Shown here: piece after piece, positions 1-9,780 of the stretch
Position numbering within the stretch: the stretch's first letter is position 1
How the letters are laid out: each line of letters begins with the position of its first letter
From: a virus
Strand: one strand, 5' to 3'
DNA length: 64,000 bases
IMG/VR virus record: IMGVR_UViG_3300021376_002797
Span: 31,279-95,278 of that record
Program-made: the position numbers and the translations under genes
The notes under the pieces: generated by a model
Databases searched by the model: none
What the model was told of the DNA's origin: nothing
What the model saw: the letters and a program-made list of their open reading frames with translations, nothing else

Positions 1-1340
1 ATGGAAGTAGCGGTACTAGTGGTTCAAGTGGCTCAAGCGGATTAAATGGAAGTAGCGGAACTTCAGGTTCTAGCGGAACTTCAGGTACTAGTGGAACATC
101 AGGTATTGATGGAACATCGGGAACATCGGGTACAAGTGGAACATCAGGTTCTAGCGGAACATCGGGAACTAGTGGTACTAGTGGAACATCAGGTTCTTCA
201 GGTATTAATGGAACATCGGGAACATCGGGTACACGTGGTACTAGTGGGACATCAGGATCTTCAGGGACAAGTGGTACTAGCGGCATATCAGGTAATGATG
301 GGGCAAATTCATCAAGATACATTTATGATAATGATGAATCGGCACCTGCAGATCCAGGATCAGCTCATTTTGTTGCCGACACTAACACTATTGGTAGTGT
401 GACAACGTTCTCAATTAGTAAAGACGATATAAATAATGTCGACTTATATGCGTGGTGGTTAGTTTTAGATGACCAAATTAATAACAAGAATAGACCGGCA
501 TTTTTACAAATTATAAGAGTTAATGATAATAGTAAATTTGGATATTTTCAAATTGATGGCATTGCTGATCAGGGAACTTATTTTGACTTAACTGTTACGT
601 ATTTAGCAGGTAACACGAGCTTACTCAATAAAACTGCGTTTACTATAACTTGGAATACGGACGGATCAAATGGAATTGATGGAACTAGTGGTACATCAGG
701 TAGTTCAGGAACAAGTGGTACTAGTGGAACATCAGGTATTAATGGAACATCGGGAACATCGGGTACACGTGGTACTAGCGGAAGTTCAGGTTCAAGTGGA
801 TTATCTGGTATTCATGCGGCAAGAATTCCAGGATCTGGTGGATTCATAAACGCATTAATGGTAACCAACCAACAGTTACTTTCAGTTGCACAAGGAGTAA
901 ATGCACTGAGATGTTTTCCATTTTTTCCAATGAAAACTTTTACAATAGTTAGTTATTCATTTAATGTTGTTACGGCAGTTGCAAGTTCAAATGCTAGAAT
1001 ATTATTTTATAGTGATCTAAACGGCGCTCCTGATACAAAATTACACGAGTCTGCAGACATATCCACAAGTACAACAGGTGTTAAGACAACTTCACAATCA
1101 TTCACATTCAATGCTGGGACAGCCTATTGGCTTTGCATTCAGACAAGTGCAGCTATTACCGTTAGTTGTTTTGGACACGCCGGAGGATTTGGTTGGGCTC
1201 AAACAACAGCAGGTACCCAACCAACAAATAGTATTTTATACACATACGCATTAGGTTCTGCACCATCAACGTTAACAACAACTGGTGCAAGTTATCCCTC
1301 AATAGGAGTTAACATTTTGCAATTAATATTCACTTTGTAA
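1..1340 (+). CDS. Gly-X-Ser (GTSG) collagen-like repeat fibre/virion surface protein, 5'-truncated by window
   Basis: Frame 3 is open from position 3 (GSSGTSGSSGSSGLNG...) into ORF 399..1340 with no stop. It has two (G-T/S-S)n blocks separated by globular domains and a beta-rich C-terminal domain. Confidence 0.8.
   Translation, partial: GSSGTSGSSGSSGLNGSSGTSGSSGTSGTSGTSGIDGTSGTSGTSGTSGSSGTSGTSGTSGTSGSSGINGTSGTSGTRGTSGTSGSSGTSGTSGISGNDGANSSRYIYDNDESAPADPGSAHFVADTNTIGSVTTFSISKDDINNVDLYAWWLVLDDQINNKNRPAFLQIIRVNDNSKFGYFQIDGIADQGTYFDLTVTYLAGNTSLLNKTAFTITWNTDGSNGIDGTSGTSGSSGTSGTSGTSGINGTSGTSGTRGTSGSSGSSGLSGIHAARIPGSGGFINALMVTNQQLLSVAQGVNALRCFPFFPMKTFTIVSYSFNVVTAVASSNARILFYSDLNGAPDTKLHESADISTSTTGVKTTSQSFTFNAGTAYWLCIQTSAAITVSCFGHAGGFGWAQTTAGTQPTNSILYTYALGSAPSTLTTTGASYPSIGVNILQLIFTL
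3..300 (+). repeat. 9-bp-period coding repeat (GGNACNTCN/GGNACNAGT) encoding Gly-Thr-Ser triplets; second block at ~670-810
   Basis: Directly visible degenerate tandem 9-mers. Confidence 0.9.
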
Positions 1341-1501
1341 TGAAAGTAAGACACGAAATATACGATGAAAATGGACTTGTAAGAGTTGAGTACATTGAAA
1401 TTGATGAGCCATCTATAGAGGAGTTGATTGCACAAAAAGAGGCTGAGTTATTGGCAATGTATGAAGAATTAGAAAAATTAAAGAAAAGTAGAGAAGTCTG
1501 A
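1340..1501 (+). CDS. small 53-aa coiled-coil protein (possible fibre-associated chaperone), not in ORF track
   Basis: ATG overlaps the fibre stop (TAATG); MKVRHEIYDENGLVRVEYIEIDEPSIEELIAQKEAELLAMYEELEKLKKSREV*. Confidence 0.7.
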   Translation: MKVRHEIYDENGLVRVEYIEIDEPSIEELIAQKEAELLAMYEELEKLKKSREV

Positions 1502-1503
1502 CA

Positions 1504-3777
1504 TTATTGATTTATAATTTTTTCTATTTCCGAAATGACCATTTCGGAAGTTATTTCTTTAGTACACTCAAATTGTCTATCAGTCCCTTTATGGTAAGGG
1601 CACCAATTCCAATCTCCGGCATTTAGTTTTTCTTTATTAAAACAACCGTGACAAACGTTTTCATTAATAACCCTGTGACAATTTGATGACATTTCTGCAA
1701 ACTTTTCACTAAAACCTGAAATTAACACTACAGGTAAGTCACATGCCCAAGCCAACCATGATAGTCCTGAACCTAAACCAATGAAGAATTCACACGATGG
1801 AAAATCCTCAATAAGTTCTTCTAACTTGTTACCTTTAAATTTAGTTGTACCCATCGGGTAAAAATTATCCATATAACCATCTTCTTCTTTGGAATAAACC
1901 ATGACTTCGTAACCAAGATTTCTTAAATAATTTACCACTTCTTGCCAACCACTTGGGTTATTCCAATATTTTGCCTGTGTTGTAGATTGCATACCTATAC
2001 CTACCTTTTTCTTTTTTGGTGCTTTACTTTTTTTTACGAGTGGTTTAACCTCATTATATTCCAAACCTAAAATATCAGAGGCTGTCTGTTGTAAAGGAAT
2101 ACTTTTAAAATCATTTGGGTGTAAGTTTTTGTTATAGTAATCACCATCATAGAACCAACCAATTCTATATATCGCATAAATATTATGAACCGACTCACCT
2201 GGATTAACAAACTTTATGTGTGGATATTGATCAATAAAAAGATGGTTCAAAAATGTCGAAACTATTAATTCACAGTTATGTTTTTTTCTAAATTCATCAA
2301 CATAAGGTATCCAAGCTAGCGAGTCACCTAAAGCAGAAGATTCAAAAGTTATCAAAACTCTTTGACCGGCAAGGTCTAAATCATATTCAAACCTATCTTC
2401 GTCATTCTCAGCAATTATTTTCCACGGAACAAAATACTGAAGACTTGTTTTAGCCCAGGTATTATTTTGTAAAGTCAAATTATAAACTACTTTTTGATTT
2501 TCAGTATCAATAAACTTAACATCAAAATCTTTTAGGGTATCTTTAATTTCTAAAAACGCGCCATCGTGAAACAATACTGAAAATTTTGGCTTAAGTTTTT
2601 TTATAGATTTGTTTGAGTTTATGTTATTATAAAAATCAACTAATTTATCTTTAAATTTAGCCTCATCATTTACTCCTACTTCTGTTCTATAGATTATTTT
2701 ATTTATGTTATCAGCAATATCACACTCTTTTACACAGTGAAATAATAGTATATCATCCTTATCAAACGGAATATGAGATTGGCTAAAATGACCCAATCCC
2801 CAATCATTCATATCAAGTAGAAAGTCTCCTGTTAAATTTGGATGTTGATAGAAAAAATTAACATCTTTTTCATTTCTAACATTCAGACCAACAGTAACAA
2901 GGTTTGGTGGCATTTTATGTTTCCAAAGTAGACAATTTAATAAAAGCTCATCGTGCAGAAACTCTGTTTTTCTAATTACTTGTATCTCATCAGAAAAACA
3001 TATTTGTTTCCATTCCCTAAACAGCTCTAAGTGAGTATGGTTGAATATAACTAAAAATGTTATACCATTAGGATAAGGTTGTTTGAAATTTTCTTGTTGA
3101 AATCCCATAAACTCAGAGACTTGTGGCCCTGGAATATACATACCATTAGTAATTACATAATTCCATCTTTGTTTTTGTATTATTGGACCTTCTGTAATAT
3201 GAGGAATATCAAATAACGAATCTATATTAGGTCTAACTAAAATATCGGAATCAATAAATACTGCTTTTTGAACCCCTCTCTCAATCGAATCAATAAAACA
3301 AGGAGGTTTCATAAACTGCATATACTGTGGATCCGACTCACCGTCAAAGTCTAATCTAATATTAGTAAGATTGGTAGATTTAATCCCACTATCATAATTT
3401 ATGTTATAATGAATTATTGGGATATTTGAATATCTTTCCAAACCATCAATCAATTTTTGAGTAATCCCCTCATACTTATCATTTGATATTAGTATATAAG
3501 CCTTTTCAATACCAATTGAAACATAATCATCTATCACCTTTACACCATTTTCATATACTCTTAAGTTCATTTTATTTTCTAAATCAACAGAATGAAATGG
3601 TGTATAGTTTAAGTCAATTATAATTTCTTGATTTGATTCAAAAGTATAATCATTAAATATTTTACTTTGATATGAAATACTTGTTAAAACCACTTTAGAT
3701 TTTACCGAATAACTTCTTAAATTAGTAATGGAAAGTTTATTATCTACTAATCTATATTTATATAACTTGCTCTGCAT
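1504..3777 (-). CDS. multidomain glycosyltransferase: GT-A-like domain fused to an Aah/TibC-type autotransporter O-heptosyltransferase domain
   Basis: FIDSDIL DxD motif; C-terminal SSALGDSLAW, FIGLGSGLSWLAW, VVLISGFS and four Cys (VCHGCFN..WCP..FECTK) like the Fe-binding site of the TibC family. ATG at 3777. Confidence 0.8.
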   Translation of the reverse strand: MQSKLYKYRLVDNKLSITNLRSYSVKSKVVLTSISYQSKIFNDYTFESNQEIIIDLNYTPFHSVDLENKMNLRVYENGVKVIDDYVSIGIEKAYILISNDKYEGITQKLIDGLERYSNIPIIHYNINYDSGIKSTNLTNIRLDFDGESDPQYMQFMKPPCFIDSIERGVQKAVFIDSDILVRPNIDSLFDIPHITEGPIIQKQRWNYVITNGMYIPGPQVSEFMGFQQENFKQPYPNGITFLVIFNHTHLELFREWKQICFSDEIQVIRKTEFLHDELLLNCLLWKHKMPPNLVTVGLNVRNEKDVNFFYQHPNLTGDFLLDMNDWGLGHFSQSHIPFDKDDILLFHCVKECDIADNINKIIYRTEVGVNDEAKFKDKLVDFYNNINSNKSIKKLKPKFSVLFHDGAFLEIKDTLKDFDVKFIDTENQKVVYNLTLQNNTWAKTSLQYFVPWKIIAENDEDRFEYDLDLAGQRVLITFESSALGDSLAWIPYVDEFRKKHNCELIVSTFLNHLFIDQYPHIKFVNPGESVHNIYAIYRIGWFYDGDYYNKNLHPNDFKSIPLQQTASDILGLEYNEVKPLVKKSKAPKKKKVGIGMQSTTQAKYWNNPSGWQEVVNYLRNLGYEVMVYSKEEDGYMDNFYPMGTTKFKGNKLEELIEDFPSCEFFIGLGSGLSWLAWACDLPVVLISGFSEKFAEMSSNCHRVINENVCHGCFNKEKLNAGDWNWCPYHKGTDRQFECTKEITSEMVISEIEKIINQ

Positions 3778-5332
3778 AAATAACACCCATTTTATTTTCT
3801 ATAATATAATCACCACAAGAAGGACTCCACTTAGATAATTTAAATTTAAAATTATTCTTTGTTAGTTTAGTAATTATATCCATTGCTTTATAATCATCAT
3901 TATTATGATATTCTATAATAAATCTTTTAACCTTTTTGATATTTTCATCTGTTATTGATTCAAAAAAATCATACTCAGCTCCTTCTATGTCAATCTTCAT
4001 TAAATCAATGAAATCTTCATCAACATAATCTTCAATGAATTTATTTGGAGTAATTGATTCAACAACTACTTTTTTACGATCGAGATTATTACCATTAGCA
4101 TCAACTTCATATAAAGAAGAAACAACAGAACCGATTCCAGGACTTAAATAAAATTCAATTTCACCGTTTTTGTTTGATATTGCCTTATCTATTATTCTAA
4201 TTTTAGAGTTATTACTCCATAGTTTATTTAAAATATCTACATTAGTAGAATCAGCCTCGACCATATAAGTTTTAATTCCTCTTTCAACAAAAGAAATACT
4301 TGACATTCCATAATTTGCACCAATATCAACATAATTTTTTATCAAAGTTATATCAAAGTCAAAAACATCATAGATACTCATATCATTAAAATCAGAAAAC
4401 TCGTTAAATTTAACTTCTTTATCTTTAATTAATTTAAACTTTTTTGATAAAGGATGCTTCCAATAAAAATCTTTGACTGAAATATTTTTAACAATAGTCT
4501 TTTCTTCTGTATAAATTTCCAAATAGTATCCATTTTTTGAACTTTTAACATTATGCATAAATGGAGGAACAATCCAAAAAGTAACTCCATTTGACAATCC
4601 AAAATCTCTATTTAAATAAATACAAACATCCGTGTAATAGTCAAAAATTCTTAAATGATACTCGCCATCAAGTGTAGATTTAATGAAAAATCTTTCTTCA
4701 TCTTCTGAATACCAAAATTCAACCTGACCATAATCATAAAATAGTCTATCAATTTTATTAACTCCATAAAATGATTTCTTATCAGAAAATGAATATATTC
4801 TACTTAATAAATTTTTTCTTCTCAAATCATACTCCCAACAGTTTTCTAATACATTATTTATAGAAAACATCTCATCAACCGTCTTATAAAATGTTATGTT
4901 TTCTAATAAGAAACCAACATTAGAATAAAAAGAGTTTGTGCATATCACATTACTTCCCCAATTACAGGAAACAAAATCACAACCATCTACTCTCCATTTT
5001 AGAAACTCATTAACATCATTAATTTCTATATCATAAGTTGCTTTATAAGTCCAGTCTATATTTTGTTCCTTTAAATGATTTAATGAAATTTCAATTAAAT
5101 TGCTTTCAGCCACTCCATGTGAATACTTTCTATCATCTACTATGTTTTTTGATTGGTAAAAATACCAATCACAAAGAGATTGTAGTTCAACATCAACAGG
5201 TGAGTGACTGGCTAATATTAAATAATAGTTTTCTCTTGATAGAATTCTAATATTTTCTTTTAATATTTCCAAACCCTCTTTGGAGTTGTGAAAATAAGTA
5301 ACGATAAATCCGGTTTTAGTGTCTGTCTTCAT
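3758..5332 (-). CDS. FkbM-family methyltransferase with N-terminal extension
   Basis: VDIGANYG SAM motif and LMKIDIEGAE motif. Confidence 0.85.
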   Translation of the reverse strand: MKTDTKTGFIVTYFHNSKEGLEILKENIRILSRENYYLILASHSPVDVELQSLCDWYFYQSKNIVDDRKYSHGVAESNLIEISLNHLKEQNIDWTYKATYDIEINDVNEFLKWRVDGCDFVSCNWGSNVICTNSFYSNVGFLLENITFYKTVDEMFSINNVLENCWEYDLRRKNLLSRIYSFSDKKSFYGVNKIDRLFYDYGQVEFWYSEDEERFFIKSTLDGEYHLRIFDYYTDVCIYLNRDFGLSNGVTFWIVPPFMHNVKSSKNGYYLEIYTEEKTIVKNISVKDFYWKHPLSKKFKLIKDKEVKFNEFSDFNDMSIYDVFDFDITLIKNYVDIGANYGMSSISFVERGIKTYMVEADSTNVDILNKLWSNNSKIRIIDKAISNKNGEIEFYLSPGIGSVVSSLYEVDANGNNLDRKKVVVESITPNKFIEDYVDEDFIDLMKIDIEGAEYDFFESITDENIKKVKRFIIEYHNNDDYKAMDIITKLTKNNFKFKLSKWSPSCGDYIIENKMGVIYAEQVI

Positions 5333-6944
5333 TGTGAATTTTATCTAAAATTGAATAGCCAGCCGATTGTTTAGTAACTGGAAACTCAAATATTCCTGTT
5401 TTATACTGATTTAATTTTTCAGAAAACAATAAATCAGTTACATTCCATTTACAAGTCTGATACATATTATCAATAACCTCAAATGAACGTTTTGGTATTA
5501 TATAAGCGTGTGCTCCGTAAAATTTATTAACAATCCAATAGTCCTGTTTTTTATCAACAATGTTAGTATTATTATGAAAACCAAAGGAGAACATCAATAA
5601 CTCCTCATTATTGTTAAGAACTTCACAAGCAAAATTCATTTTTTTAATAAACTCAGTATAACTAACATCAATAACAGCATCACACTCAAAAATTAGTATA
5701 AAATCACTATCAGTGTTTATACCCTGATAAAAAGCTGATTTATGAGCCAAATAACAACCATAATGACCAGGTGTTAATTTACCACCAGGTTCCAAAGAAA
5801 TCTTATCGGGATATTCACAGTTTTCAGCAGGAGGTAATTCAGTATATCTCTTGTTGATACAAGTGTTATAAGTTATTCCATAGTCAGAAAGTTTTGATAA
5901 GGAAATTAAAGAAGAAATTTCTCTATCACTATCAATATCGGTTAACATGTGGTAGGCTGATGTTTTGAAATTTTCTTTAGACTGCGCTACTTCTTTAGAC
6001 TGGATTTTTTTAGTCTGTGATTTTATACCTAAACTATGTTTGATTTTTTCAACATTTTCTTGTTTATTAGTTGATAAAAAACTAATATTTGGGTTATCGA
6101 AAATATTTGAATAATTTGGTAACCACTTCATTAAAATTGGTAAATTATAGTTAAGTGCCTCAGTTATACATAATGGTTTATTCTCGAGATTCGAGGTAAA
6201 TAAAAACAAATCACAAATAGTGTAAAATTTATAAACATCAGACCGCTCGCCCCAAACTCGGCAATTAGTAGGTTTATTTTCCATAAGTGGTTTCCAATAT
6301 GACTCAAAATTTCCTGCTTGATTTCCTAAAAAGTGAAACTGAACACTATCATCAAAACTTCTAGCTATTTCAAATATTTCTGCTTGATTTTTTCCAGGAG
6401 TAAATAGACCAACATTTAAGACATGTTTTTTGTTTGTATCAAGTCCTAATTCTGTTAAAAACATTCTTTTAATTTCATCACTTTTAACAGGATATTCAAT
6501 TAAGTCAAAGTCTGAGGACTTGTCAAAATATTGAAATAAATTATACTTTGAAACAAAAAGAGATTTATCAGGAGTCGTAATTTTTTCAGAATGGTTGAAT
6601 AAAGTTCCGTGAGTAGTTTCACAAATCTTATAGTCTGACTTGTATAGTATATCTAAATATTGATGAGGTATAAAAGTTTCAGGAAACTCTTCAAAGTGTA
6701 TAACATCTGGTTTTATTTCATCAACAACAGAAATAAACTTTTGTTTATCATCCATTGTAATTAATTTATTTCCAAGCAAAGACTGTATTTGAGTTCTCTG
6801 AACGACCAGTTGGCCTCCGGTTATATTATCCCATTCAATACACCAAATATCAAATTCGTTATTTAAAACTTCTATTTTTTTTAATAAAAATTGAGGCAAA
6901 CCACCTGTTGAAAGGTGTGGTGCGATGAAAAGGATCTTTTTCAT
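5316..6944 (-). CDS. bifunctional glycosyltransferase (GT4-like N-terminal plus GT25-like C-terminal)
   Basis: PHLSTGG, VGLFTPGKNQ, ENKPLCITEA (GT-B); HYGCYLAH, IFECDA, YGAHAYII (GT25). Confidence 0.8.
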   Translation of the reverse strand: MKKILFIAPHLSTGGLPQFLLKKIEVLNNEFDIWCIEWDNITGGQLVVQRTQIQSLLGNKLITMDDKQKFISVVDEIKPDVIHFEEFPETFIPHQYLDILYKSDYKICETTHGTLFNHSEKITTPDKSLFVSKYNLFQYFDKSSDFDLIEYPVKSDEIKRMFLTELGLDTNKKHVLNVGLFTPGKNQAEIFEIARSFDDSVQFHFLGNQAGNFESYWKPLMENKPTNCRVWGERSDVYKFYTICDLFLFTSNLENKPLCITEALNYNLPILMKWLPNYSNIFDNPNISFLSTNKQENVEKIKHSLGIKSQTKKIQSKEVAQSKENFKTSAYHMLTDIDSDREISSLISLSKLSDYGITYNTCINKRYTELPPAENCEYPDKISLEPGGKLTPGHYGCYLAHKSAFYQGINTDSDFILIFECDAVIDVSYTEFIKKMNFACEVLNNNEELLMFSFGFHNNTNIVDKKQDYWIVNKFYGAHAYIIPKRSFEVIDNMYQTCKWNVTDLLFSEKLNQYKTGIFEFPVTKQSAGYSILDKIHNEDRH

Positions 6945-6989
6945 AATAAAAATATATAAAAAAACAAAGGTAAAACAAAGTATTTATCT

Positions 6990-7058
6990 CAAAAAGATGC
7001 AGAACTTTTAGCAATGTATGAAGAATTAGAAAAATTAAAAAAAAGTAGAGATGAATAA
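6990..7058 (+). pseudogene. remnant second copy of the 3' end of the 1340..1501 gene
   Basis: Encodes QKDAELLAMYEELEKLKKSRDE*; 7011..7051 matches 1454..1494 at 40/41 nt. Confidence 0.75.
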
Positions 7059-7111
7059 AAGTAGAGATATTTGATATTTTATTTTCTTGTGTATTTATTA
7101 AATAAAGTTTT

Positions 7112-8143
7112 ATGGCTGACAAAAAAATATCTGAATTACCATATATTAGTGGTGGTCAAATTTCAGGAAACACTCTTGTTCCTTTAGTTACGTATTTTAG
7201 TGCGGTGTCAGGGAATACTGTACACACATATGTTTCAGATTTAGAAAATTATTTAACAAGTGGTATTACTGTTAGTGGTAATTATTTACCATTAAGTGGT
7301 GGGACAGTAACAGGTAGCACGAGTTTCCAAAGTGGATTAACGGCAACAACAATATCTGCAACAACGTATTTAAATTTACCACAATTTAGTGGAGGTTCAG
7401 GAAACTGTATAAATGATTTTTATGTGTCAAATATTCATTCGTGTTCACCATTAAGAATTAATCCGTTAAACGAAGGTAATGTTTATTTTGGGTTAACAAG
7501 TGGTATAACAATAGATCTAACAAACACTAGATTAGGTATTGGAACCGAGACACCTTCAGCAAACCTTGATGTTAGTGGAAAAATAAAAACAACAAATTTC
7601 CAAATGACATCAGGGGCAACCAATGGATATGTTTTAACATCGGACGCAAGTGGTAATGCGAGTTGGCAAACATCAAGTGGTGGGTCGTTTATTAGTGGTA
7701 ATCGAGGGGCTTTTTTATCAACGCAAGATCAAATTATTGCAAGTGCAGGACAGTTAAAATCTGTAAGTGCTGACACAACGGTTGTTAGTTCAGGTATTAC
7801 ATTATCTGCAAATACTAGATACATAATTTCTAATGTTGGAAATTATAATATACAATATACGGTTCAAGTACAAAAAACTTCACCAGTATTATCAAACACA
7901 TATATATGGATGCAAAAAAATGGAACGGATATTGCAAATTCAACAACTATTACAACATTAACAGGGGATACCATATTTAGAGTTGTTACAAAAAACTTTA
8001 TAGAAACTGTAACCACACCAAACACATATTATGAGTTATATTGGACCTCAGACGATAACGACACACAACTTGGTAAGGAAACAACACCACCATATGGTAT
8101 TCCGGCATCACCATCAGTTTATGTGACCATTAATCAAATTTAA
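7112..8143 (+). CDS. tail fibre/virion structural protein
   Basis: MADKKISEL N-terminus, YLPLSGGTVTG and RLGIGTETPSANLDVSG fibre motifs, beta-rich (C1q/BclA-like) C-terminus; TATTTAT upstream. Confidence 0.7.
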   Translation: MADKKISELPYISGGQISGNTLVPLVTYFSAVSGNTVHTYVSDLENYLTSGITVSGNYLPLSGGTVTGSTSFQSGLTATTISATTYLNLPQFSGGSGNCINDFYVSNIHSCSPLRINPLNEGNVYFGLTSGITIDLTNTRLGIGTETPSANLDVSGKIKTTNFQMTSGATNGYVLTSDASGNASWQTSSGGSFISGNRGAFLSTQDQIIASAGQLKSVSADTTVVSSGITLSANTRYIISNVGNYNIQYTVQVQKTSPVLSNTYIWMQKNGTDIANSTTITTLTGDTIFRVVTKNFIETVTTPNTYYELYWTSDDNDTQLGKETTPPYGIPASPSVYVTINQI

Positions 8144-8194
8144 AAAATATGATATTTAACTTCATTTATTTTTATATTTTCATATTTTTAATTT

Positions 8195-8674
8195 ATGAAA
8201 ATATTTGTTCAAATTGCGTCATATAGAGATCCTGAATTACTGCCCACAATTAGGGATTGTATAAGTAAGGCAAAATATCCTGAAAACTTAACTTTCTGTA
8301 TTTGTTGGTAAAGAGACGAAACAGAATCAATGGAAGAATTTACAAATGATGATAGATTTAAAATATTAGACTATCATTGGACACAAAGTAAAGGACTTTG
8401 TTGGGCTCGTTCAGAAATTCAAAAATTATGGAATAGTGAAGAATACACTATGCAATTGGATTCACACCATAGATTTATAGTAAATTGGGATGAAGAGTTA
8501 ATTGAAATGATAAAAATGACAGGCTCAGAAAAACCAATTATCACATCATATGCAGGCATGTATCGACCATCAGACAATCAATTATTAAATATTGAACCAT
8601 ACAAAATGAATGCGTCTAATTTCACACTAGGAGAGACAATTCTTTTTATGTTAAAACAAATACCTCTTGGGTAA
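8195..8674 (+). pseudogene. GlcNAc-transferase (Gnt1/GT60-like) pseudogene
   Basis: MKIFVQIASYRDPELLPTIRDC..CICW* with in-frame TAA at 8309-8311, continuing in frame to GLCWARS and MQLDSHHRF..WD; also 3'-truncated. Confidence 0.75.
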
Positions 8675-8701
8675 AATTTACAGGACTAACATCGTGATAG
8701 G

Positions 8702-9175
8702 TTAAAAAAAAACACGTTCTTTGCTACCAACTATTTGTTTATACCACATACCTTTATCATCTAACCAAACATAAGGATCATCAGGAATGTCGGTCCAACC
8801 ATGTTTTGTGTAGTATTCAAAATCTTTACGTAAAAGGTTTGCTCTATGAGATGAGTGAAATTCTTCACAACCTAACCAATTAGGTAAAATAAATTCACCT
8901 TCGATGACTTCATATTCCATGTTATTTTTAAAACCACGAGATTTCCACACGTCAATAGAGTCGTTGTAATATTGTTTAAGTGCGTTTACATAATCACGCC
9001 ACATTACAGAACACGGATGATTTAACCAACCCTTATATGGTTTACCATCTTTACGTAAACGACCTGTGATTGCTGATATAATTTGATAAGCCTCAACACG
9101 TTGTTTACCTAAACGTTTATTGTCTAATGATTCTAATGATTTTCTAAAATCTGAATAAGGAAGAAATGTTTGCAT
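8702..9175 (-). CDS. pyrimidine dimer DNA glycosylase/DenV-like (MSMEG_6728-family) protein
   Basis: MQTFLPY..LDNKRLGKQRVEAYQI, HPCSVMW, HSSHRANLLRKD. Confidence 0.8.
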   Translation of the reverse strand: MQTFLPYSDFRKSLESLDNKRLGKQRVEAYQIISAITGRLRKDGKPYKGWLNHPCSVMWRDYVNALKQYYNDSIDVWKSRGFKNNMEYEVIEGEFILPNWLGCEEFHSSHRANLLRKDFEYYTKHGWTDIPDDPYVWLDDKGMWYKQIVGSKERVFF

Positions 9176-9179
9176 AATA

Positions 9180-9211
9180 CAAAGATATAGTTTTTTTTTC
9201 TTTTATACAAA
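9180..9211 (-). promoter_or_regulatory. Bacteroidetes primary-sigma promoter (TTTG -33, TATCTTTG -7)
   Basis: TATCTTTG at 9187-9180 and TTTG at 9211-9208, 20-nt spacer. Confidence 0.7.
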
Positions 9212-9229
9212 CTTTTTTATTTATTGATA

Positions 9230-9237
9230 TATTTATA
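9230..9237 (+). promoter_or_regulatory. putative phage late promoter TATTTAT(A)
   Basis: Same motif at 7092, 10932, 13164, 15038, 19575, 20725, 21510, 27843, 29576, 30632, 32233, 34173 (+) and 37992, 42188 (-), shortly upstream of starts including scaffold and MCP. Confidence 0.6.
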
Positions 9238-9257
9238 TGTAAAAGAAATAAAAAATT

Positions 9258-9713
9258 ATGAAAAGAATTATTAGATTAACTGAATCGGATCTTACAAGAA
9301 TTGTAAGAAGAGTAATTAGCGAATCAGAAAAACCAGCAGCAAAGGATTATTTTGTTAACGAAAATTACACTTCAATGCCAGGAGGAACAAACTTTTATGC
9401 GGTAACAAGTGTTGGTGCAGCAACCCCAATTAATGATGCAAAAGGTAAAAGTTTCCAAGTAACAGTTTCAGGTGTTATGTATTATAGTAATAATGGTACA
9501 TGGCAAAAAACCGGTACCTTCAGTGAAACACTACAACACAGATGTGGTGCCAAATCTAACTTTTGGGCGGCAGAGTGGAATGGTGGTCTTCCAGAAGTAG
9601 ATACTGGATCTGCAGGATATGTATCAAAAATAGGTGGAGGATTAGAAACAGCGTCAAATACCTACTGTAATTCAAAAGGAGTTAAAAACCAATCAAGTAT
9701 GGGAATTATATAA
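9258..9713 (+). CDS. IRLTESDL-leader protein (putative head-targeted virion protein)
   Basis: MKRIIRLTESDLTRIVRRVISE leader shared with 13783 and 19623. Confidence 0.65.
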   Translation: MKRIIRLTESDLTRIVRRVISESEKPAAKDYFVNENYTSMPGGTNFYAVTSVGAATPINDAKGKSFQVTVSGVMYYSNNGTWQKTGTFSETLQHRCGAKSNFWAAEWNGGLPEVDTGSAGYVSKIGGGLETASNTYCNSKGVKNQSSMGII

Positions 9714-9731
9714 TAAAAAATTCGATAAAAT

Positions 9732-9760
9732 AAAAAAACCCTCTATGGAGGGTTTTTTAT
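9732..9760. terminator. bidirectional intrinsic terminator
   Basis: AAAAAACCCTC-TATG-GAGGGTTTTTT between convergent genes. Confidence 0.85.
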
Positions 9761-9780
9761 TTTATTAATAGAGTTCTTAA

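Noticed and set aside
46-402. 118-aa ORF with VEHQVL repeats
   Set aside because: Shadow frame of the GTS repeat; the real frame is continuous with 399..1340.
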